From Candidatus Latescibacterota bacterium (GTDB lineage: Bacteria > Latescibacterota > UBA2968 > UBA8231), in assembly GCA_963422735.1 (NCBI GenBank), contig OY730476.1, positions 4,889,053 through 4,953,052 of the forward strand: a DNA stretch of 64,000 nt, read 5' to 3'. Below, in pieces: positions 57,936-64,000 of the stretch (position 1 is the stretch's first letter; each line of letters begins with the position of its first letter). A program made the position numbers and the translations under genes. Below the pieces are notes generated by a model. It was not told where the DNA came from. It saw only the letters and a program-made list of their open reading frames with translations, and did not search any database.

Positions 57936-58964
57936 CTAGGCGGTGAGTTCGCCCTTGCGATAGGCGCGGAGGAAGGCGGCGCAGTACTCGTCCCGGCCCA
58001 GTAGCATATCTGCGGCTAATTGGTGGGGACGGGCTTGGCGGTCGGTGGCAAAGAGCTCGGTCAGTGAGGTAGTAGTCGGGTCCACGATCGCGCTGTCGGC
58101 ACCGGCTTCGACGGCCAGCAGCAGGAAGACGTCGTTGATCAAGTGGCGGCAAGGTAGGCCGAAGGAGACGTTGGAGAAGCCACCGGTGATGTGAATTTCG
58201 GCACCCAACGCGCCGCGCAGTTGGCGGATGGCGTCAAAAGCGTGGTGGCCGAATTGTGCATCAACCGAGATGGGGAAGATCAGGGGGTCGATGTACAAGT
58301 CGGCGAGTGGTAGCCCCAAGGCGAGGGCCTTATCAACCATTTGTCGGGCGTGATCGATTCGCTCTTGTGCGCTTTGTGGCATGCCGGACTTGCCCGCCGC
58401 GGTGATGATGACTTGGGCGTTGTACCGTTTGGCCAGATCTAGGGCTTCGGGCCGCTCTAAAGACGCGGAGTTGAGCAGCAGGCGCTGGGGGTGGTCGGCA
58501 CCGGCTTCAAGGCCGACGGCGAGGGTGTCTAGCTGGGAGGAGTCGATGGCCAGTGGCGTCTGCGACATAGCCGATACCGTCTGCACCAGCCAACGCATGG
58601 CCTTTTGCCGCTCTGCGGGCTTGAGGGATATCTCATCGACATTGAGGTCGAGGAAATCGGTGCCGGCCGCTTCTTGGCGCTGTACTTGGCGGCAGAGGTA
58701 GTCGAGGGCATCCGCGTTGTCGAGCATGGCCTGTTGCACGGCGATCTTGAGATGTTTGACGCGGCCTTCCTCGTAGTCTTGGGTTGTTTTGACTGCCTCG
58801 GGAATCTGGAGGAAACGGCGCTTGTTGTTGGCATCGCGGAAGCGCACCGATTCGACGCCTTGGGGATCTGCGCCGATGAGCTTGCCCTTGCGCAAGACGA
58901 CGCGGGTGGTGTGGATGTTTTCGCCAATGACGACGAAGGGACGGTCCGTACCGGGGATGTTCAT
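57936..58964 (-). CDS. pterin-binding methyltetrahydrofolate:corrinoid methyltransferase (AcsE/MetH folate domain)
   Basis: IGENI, LDLNV, AIDSS, LNSAS, IDPL, GGFSNVSFGLP. Confidence 0.88.
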   Translation of the reverse strand: MNIPGTDRPFVVIGENIHTTRVVLRKGKLIGADPQGVESVRFRDANNKRRFLQIPEAVKTTQDYEEGRVKHLKIAVQQAMLDNADALDYLCRQVQRQEAAGTDFLDLNVDEISLKPAERQKAMRWLVQTVSAMSQTPLAIDSSQLDTLAVGLEAGADHPQRLLLNSASLERPEALDLAKRYNAQVIITAAGKSGMPQSAQERIDHARQMVDKALALGLPLADLYIDPLIFPISVDAQFGHHAFDAIRQLRGALGAEIHITGGFSNVSFGLPCRHLINDVFLLLAVEAGADSAIVDPTTTSLTELFATDRQARPHQLAADMLLGRDEYCAAFLRAYRKGELTA

Positions 58965-59366
58965 TGGAATTCCATATTGGGGTGAATTGACGATTAGGAT
59001 GGGCGTTGTTGGATGAAGTTGAATAATTGAATAATAAAGATAGGCTTCTTCAATAAATTAAATGGGGGAGCGATTCACTACTAAGAAAATCACTGCCATC
59101 TCGTCCAAGAAACCAACCTTTTATACTATTGCCTCCCCCTTCCTTGGTCAACCCCTGTCGTCCATCGTCGAGGAGACCTCAGAATCCGAGTCAATCTGAT
59201 TGTCAGAAAAAGAAAGATCGAGATGTAGCTTGACGAGGGTGCCCCTTTTTGTGTTACTTACTGCGCCGGTGCCGCATTGCGCCGCGACCGCGCCTATTTG
59301 TCGGCGCGGTTAGGCTTTTGTTTTGACCACGCTCCCTCCCTTCTAATTCACCACGAGGTCTTACCC

Positions 59367-61205
59367 ATGAAAACCGCACTGATGTACGTATCGCTGCTTG
59401 CTCTCTTAGTGGTCTACTTCATTCCGAGTCCCATGCATGCCCAGATAGCAGATACGCTTGACATCCAAGTGCTTCCTGCCGGCAACATCAATGCCGTGAT
59501 TAACGGAGACACGCTAGCCAACGGTTTGCGAGCCCATCCCGATCGTGCCTACCGACTCAAGCGAGGCGCGGTGTACCAGTTTACGGAAACGATGAAGATC
59601 AATGGTGACCTAAATCTGATTGCTACCGAAGTAAACGGTGATCCGGATGAATCGGCTAACAGGCCACCCGTAATTGTTCCCGGAATCTTGCCGGATGACT
59701 CATCTCCAACCCAGTTTTTTGACTTGATTGGGAAGAGTGGGAAGATCAGTATGAATGATCTCTACTTGCTGTCCCGGAGAGCCGATAACGTTGTTGCAGG
59801 CTGGGATAACTATATGACGCTAACTGCCGATTCGATATCGCTGAAACTCCGTGACATTGTATTTGATAGCGGTGGCGGATTTGGCATACTCATAGCTGGC
59901 CACTGGAGCAAAATCGATATGCAGGATTGCGTATTTCGCAATAATCATCACAGTCTAGCGTGGATTGCGGGCGGTTCACCCATGATTGCGCTCCCGGGGG
60001 TCCATATGGATACGCTGAAAGTGATTAACAACACTTTCTTTGCCGTTAATGGGTATATCTGGTCGGTGAGAGGCTACGCCCATCATGCGGTATTCGAGCA
60101 CAATACCCTAGTTTACACCCATGTTAATCCCTTCCTAGCCCACCATGGCTCCAATGTTCACATCAAGAACAACCTGTTCTACTCGGTACATTCCTTGGGT
60201 TGGTGGACTAAGTTTGTCCTGGAAGACCCCGGTTTCTCCAATTGGCCAGATACTACATCCACTAGCCTGATCCATTTTACGGCACGGGATTCTGTCAGCA
60301 AGTGGAGCACGGATATTTGGAACCAGACTATCCCTGGGCCGGAGGTATATATCGATCCGGATCGAGGGGTCACCGCTGAAATGCTGGATCCAACGAGGCG
60401 CGTAATAGATGTCCAGAACAACGCGTATTTCTGGCCCGGGAAACTGTTTGATTATTACGATACCTATAACGCTAACATCACGCTTACTGATAGCGTCAAG
60501 GTCCCCGATGGCTCGATACAGGTACTCCCCAGAAGATTGCATAAGCCGAGGTGGATTACGGAATACACGCAATGGACGTTCGACAATCTGTTCCCAGCAA
60601 TCGGCGTTCAGTCAACGCTAGCGGGCAACATGGAGGCCGATCCTGGATTTGATCCGGATATCGAAGGACACGTGGACGCCTTGGTCGAGTATATGGACAA
60701 GACCATACATGAACGGCTTGATCTGAATTCGCGATGGTCCTACGATCCGGGAGGCGAAGGTATCCACTATCCACCTCCGTGGCCTCTGCCGGAGAACTTG
60801 GCGTTTTCGAATCCGGCATTGCAGAATGCCGGTACAGATGGATTCGCGGTGGGGGATTTGAACTGGTTCCCTGAACAGAAAGAGCAGTGGCTGAATCAGA
60901 ATACGGCAACCGCTATCGAACACTTGGAAGGGCAGGTACCAACCGGCTATCGACTTGCGGAAAACTATCCCAATCCGTTTAACCCGTCTACCACCATCGA
61001 ATTCGAGGTGCCTAAAGCGGAGTTGGTTACGCTCAAAGTTTACAATACCTTGGGCCAATTGGTGAATACGTTGGTTGATCAGCATCTTACCGCCGGTGCG
61101 TACAAATTCCGTTTCGATGCTTCTAACTTAAGCAGTGGCATATACTTTTACGCATTAGATGCAGGAGACGTTACGCTGTGGAGGAAAATGATATTTCTCA
61201 AGTAG
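59367..61205 (+). CDS. secreted beta-helix-like protein with C-terminal T9SS type A/FlgD-like Ig sorting domain
   Basis: signal peptide ending MHA-Q; NNTF/HNT/NNLF repeats; NYPNPFNPSTTIEF...LSSGIYFY...KMIFLK. Confidence 0.88.
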   Translation: MKTALMYVSLLALLVVYFIPSPMHAQIADTLDIQVLPAGNINAVINGDTLANGLRAHPDRAYRLKRGAVYQFTETMKINGDLNLIATEVNGDPDESANRPPVIVPGILPDDSSPTQFFDLIGKSGKISMNDLYLLSRRADNVVAGWDNYMTLTADSISLKLRDIVFDSGGGFGILIAGHWSKIDMQDCVFRNNHHSLAWIAGGSPMIALPGVHMDTLKVINNTFFAVNGYIWSVRGYAHHAVFEHNTLVYTHVNPFLAHHGSNVHIKNNLFYSVHSLGWWTKFVLEDPGFSNWPDTTSTSLIHFTARDSVSKWSTDIWNQTIPGPEVYIDPDRGVTAEMLDPTRRVIDVQNNAYFWPGKLFDYYDTYNANITLTDSVKVPDGSIQVLPRRLHKPRWITEYTQWTFDNLFPAIGVQSTLAGNMEADPGFDPDIEGHVDALVEYMDKTIHERLDLNSRWSYDPGGEGIHYPPPWPLPENLAFSNPALQNAGTDGFAVGDLNWFPEQKEQWLNQNTATAIEHLEGQVPTGYRLAENYPNPFNPSTTIEFEVPKAELVTLKVYNTLGQLVNTLVDQHLTAGAYKFRFDASNLSSGIYFYALDAGDVTLWRKMIFLK

Positions 61206-61249
61206 TCAGTGTAACTTCTTGGTGGCATGGGAGGACTTTAGAAGCCTAT

Positions 61250-64000
61250 ATGCGTAAGAACAGATGTAGGCATGTTGGCTTGCTGGCGGCGTGGCTAGCC
61301 GTACTTATCACAAGTACGGCTAGCGCGCAGTCGGCAATGGTACGTGGGACCACATTGGATGCGGTTACCAGTGAGCCATTGCCGTGGACAAATGTAATCA
61401 TAGTTGGCACGAGTATTGGGGGCGCAAGTGATATAGAGGGCAAATTTGCAATCAGGAACGTCCCGGTTGGATCCTACACTATAAGAGCGACCTATATTGG
61501 CTACGAGACACGTGAGCTTGAAGTAGTGCTGACGGTTGACCAAGTGCTGGAATTAGAGCTGCTGTTAGATCCGGTGAGCCTTATCGGAGAAGAAATTACT
61601 GTTACGGCACAGGCAAGTGGCCAAACGGAGGCGATAAATCGGCAACTGTCGTCGTTGGCGATTACGAATGTTGTATCTGGTGCACGAATACAGGAGCTCC
61701 CCGATGCAAATGCAGCTGAATCAGTAGCAAGACTTCCCGGTGTGTCGATTATCCGGGAAGGAGGCGAAGGTGCCAAAGTCGTTGTTCGTGGCCTATCGCC
61801 GCAGTATAACCAGATTGCGATAGACGGTGTTCAACTTCCAGGTAACGTCGTATCTAATGATCCCAATGAGCAAGCGTCATTAGTCGGGGACCGGGCTACC
61901 GATCTCAGCATGATATCTTCAAGCATCCTTGGGGGTATTGATGTGGTAAAGGCGATTACTCCGGATATGGATGCTGCGGTTATCGGCGGCGTAGTAAATT
62001 TCGGCTTACGGAAAGCGAAGGCCAGCGACACTGGCCCTGTATTTGGCCTTACCTCACAAGGAAGTTATAACGATCTAAAAGGAACGTATGCCGACTATAG
62101 ATTGGTTGGTTCATTTGAACATAGAGTCTTCAATCAGCGCCTGGGTCTGTTCTTACAGGGCACCACTGAAAAGCGCAATCGGAGTGCTAATCGATTGGGG
62201 GCTCATTATGTGCTAAACGACAAGTCGAACGGGGATGACGGTATTCCCGATTTAACGAGTGTCGACCTAGGTGACGTCTTCAGCGAAAAACAGCGTCACG
62301 GTGCGACGCTTGTGTCAGATTATAATCATGATTTGGGCGAAGTGGGGATTCTCAATTTTTTTAGTACATCGGCGACGGAGTCTTTGCATCGAGGACAGTC
62401 ATTCGTACATGCCATTGACGATATTACTTACTCGGGCGGGTGGTCCAATAATGATTTAATGTCTATCATTAATCTACTCAGTGTACGGCAGGAAGTACCG
62501 CTGTTTGATATTGACCTGAAGCTCTCCCATACCTATTCGAGGAGCCAGAATCCGGAAGATTTCACACTCATGTTTCTGCAAGAAGACAGGGCAGGGTATT
62601 CTGGCCAAGGAGACTTATCTAAAGCACATCCTTCAGCTATAGCCGCTTTAGGAACACCTGACGCGACAGGCGCTAAGCTGAAAACGATTAATAGCTCGGA
62701 AAACATTGCTAGAGACAGGTCGCTGGCGGGATCTGTGGGTCTGGAAAGAAGTCTTGTGATCGCTGATGTTCTTACATCTAGGCTCAAGCTTGGCGGCTCT
62801 TATCAGTATCGCAAGCGATCCTACGACATCGATGACAGAGCGGGAGTACATTTCGACCTGGGTGGTAGACAACTATACGCAAGAATATTCGAACAGTATC
62901 CCGAATTGGACATGTACAATGGCGATGTCGTCTTAGCTCTATTCACGAATGATCCATATTCATATCGAAATTTTCTCGCGGGTGACTATTCACTGTCATA
63001 CCCGATGAATATTGATTTCATGGAAGAGATTATAGGAATTGCCATAGCAAGAGATGTAGGCTTCATCGAGAATGAGTATAGGTCTCTCGGCTTTGATTAC
63101 GATGGATCAGAGGCCAGGAGCGCAGCCTATGGGATGCTCACGGTTAATGTAGGAGAGAGGATTACTCTATTACCCGGGGTACGTTTCCAGAACCTTAGAA
63201 CAAGCTATACGGGTAATCGCGGTGTGCAATTGCCAGATGCTGGCGGTGGGATAGCATTCATTGGTAGGGATACGACCGCAATTAATTCTCAGGGCTTTCT
63301 ACTTCCTATGGTACATGCGCGATACAAGCCGCTGCGGTGGCTGCAAATTCATTTTGCGTATACCAATACATTAAACTACCCAGACTATAGCGCAATTGTC
63401 CCACGGTATGACGTGTCACTGGCGACGATCATTTACAATAATTATTCGCTAAGGACGGCTTCGTCGGAGAATATCGATCTCGCTGTGTCGATCTATGGAA
63501 ATGCAGTAGGATTGTTTACTGTCAATGCTTTTCAAAAACGTATAGAGGACTTGATCTTCCCGTCAACAACATTCCTTAGCGATCTCAGTGCGTATCCGGA
63601 TCTGCCACAAGACGGCCAGCAGAATACGCAACTGTATAATTTCAGTACGTTTATTAACAATCCGAACCCGACCGACGTTCGAGGTATTGAAATCGACTGG
63701 CAAACGCATCCATGGTATCTACCTGGTCTCCTGTCTAATCTGGTCTTTAATATCAACTATACGCGAGTGTTTTCGGAAGCAAATTATCCGCGAACGGAAT
63801 TGGATATATCGTATGATGAACTCGGAACGCTGTACAGAACGGTGGTGGATACGTTTTATACGAGCCGCTTATTGCACCAGCCCAATGACATCTTTAATCT
63901 AGCAGTCGGATTCGATTATCGTGGATTCTCAGCCAGAGTGTCTGCCTTGTACCAAGATAATATTTTCAAGAAACCCGACTTCTGGTTGCAACAGCGAATT
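61250..64000 (+). CDS. TonB-dependent receptor with N-terminal carboxypeptidase-like regulatory domain (partial, runs off right edge)
   Basis: translated by hand: signal peptide ASA-Q, DAVTSEPLP..NV, TYIGYE, ELPDANAAESVARLPGVS, GEG, VRGL, KAITPDMDA..IGG; absent from the ORF track, consistent with no stop in the window. Confidence 0.92.
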   Translation, partial: MRKNRCRHVGLLAAWLAVLITSTASAQSAMVRGTTLDAVTSEPLPWTNVIIVGTSIGGASDIEGKFAIRNVPVGSYTIRATYIGYETRELEVVLTVDQVLELELLLDPVSLIGEEITVTAQASGQTEAINRQLSSLAITNVVSGARIQELPDANAAESVARLPGVSIIREGGEGAKVVVRGLSPQYNQIAIDGVQLPGNVVSNDPNEQASLVGDRATDLSMISSSILGGIDVVKAITPDMDAAVIGGVVNFGLRKAKASDTGPVFGLTSQGSYNDLKGTYADYRLVGSFEHRVFNQRLGLFLQGTTEKRNRSANRLGAHYVLNDKSNGDDGIPDLTSVDLGDVFSEKQRHGATLVSDYNHDLGEVGILNFFSTSATESLHRGQSFVHAIDDITYSGGWSNNDLMSIINLLSVRQEVPLFDIDLKLSHTYSRSQNPEDFTLMFLQEDRAGYSGQGDLSKAHPSAIAALGTPDATGAKLKTINSSENIARDRSLAGSVGLERSLVIADVLTSRLKLGGSYQYRKRSYDIDDRAGVHFDLGGRQLYARIFEQYPELDMYNGDVVLALFTNDPYSYRNFLAGDYSLSYPMNIDFMEEIIGIAIARDVGFIENEYRSLGFDYDGSEARSAAYGMLTVNVGERITLLPGVRFQNLRTSYTGNRGVQLPDAGGGIAFIGRDTTAINSQGFLLPMVHARYKPLRWLQIHFAYTNTLNYPDYSAIVPRYDVSLATIIYNNYSLRTASSENIDLAVSIYGNAVGLFTVNAFQKRIEDLIFPSTTFLSDLSAYPDLPQDGQQNTQLYNFSTFINNPNPTDVRGIEIDWQTHPWYLPGLLSNLVFNINYTRVFSEANYPRTELDISYDELGTLYRTVVDTFYTSRLLHQPNDIFNLAVGFDYRGFSARVSALYQDNIFKKPDFWLQQRI

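Overview
GC-rich bacterial chromosomal window. Gene content suggests an FCB-group/Latescibacterota-like organism, possibly a marine invertebrate symbiont, but this is inference only. From left to right: (1) a lower-GC, partly decayed accessory block (frameshifted ABC exporter, LanKC-like kinase, toxin-antitoxin and IS5 remnants) and an NtrC/histidine kinase pair with a duplicated gene end; (2) housekeeping genes (purH, dapA/dapB, glmU-like, ppk1); (3) a ~9.3 kb operon at 21167-30505, the strongest candidate for an undescribed system, encoding a free ankyrin module, a receptor Ser/Thr kinase with an ankyrin ectodomain, a dead + active pair of membrane trypsin-FHA proteins, an ExbD/MotB-like anchor fused to a vWA domain, a MotA/TolQ/ExbB channel, two FHA proteins and a PP2C phosphatase; (4) tRNA-Thr(TGT), an ABC-2 transporter, and an acyl-ACP desaturase divergent from an HTH-pspA operon; (5) a promoter covered by a perfect 19-bp inverted repeat; (6) ispH coupled to three eutN/ccmL genes; (7) an Lnt-TatC fusion, radC, and mnmG coupled to split methionine-synthase modules; (8) a lower-GC secreted protein and TonB-dependent receptor running off the right end. 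Two frameshifts lie in homopolymer runs and may be sequencing errors. All calls come from reading motifs by eye; no database searches were run.
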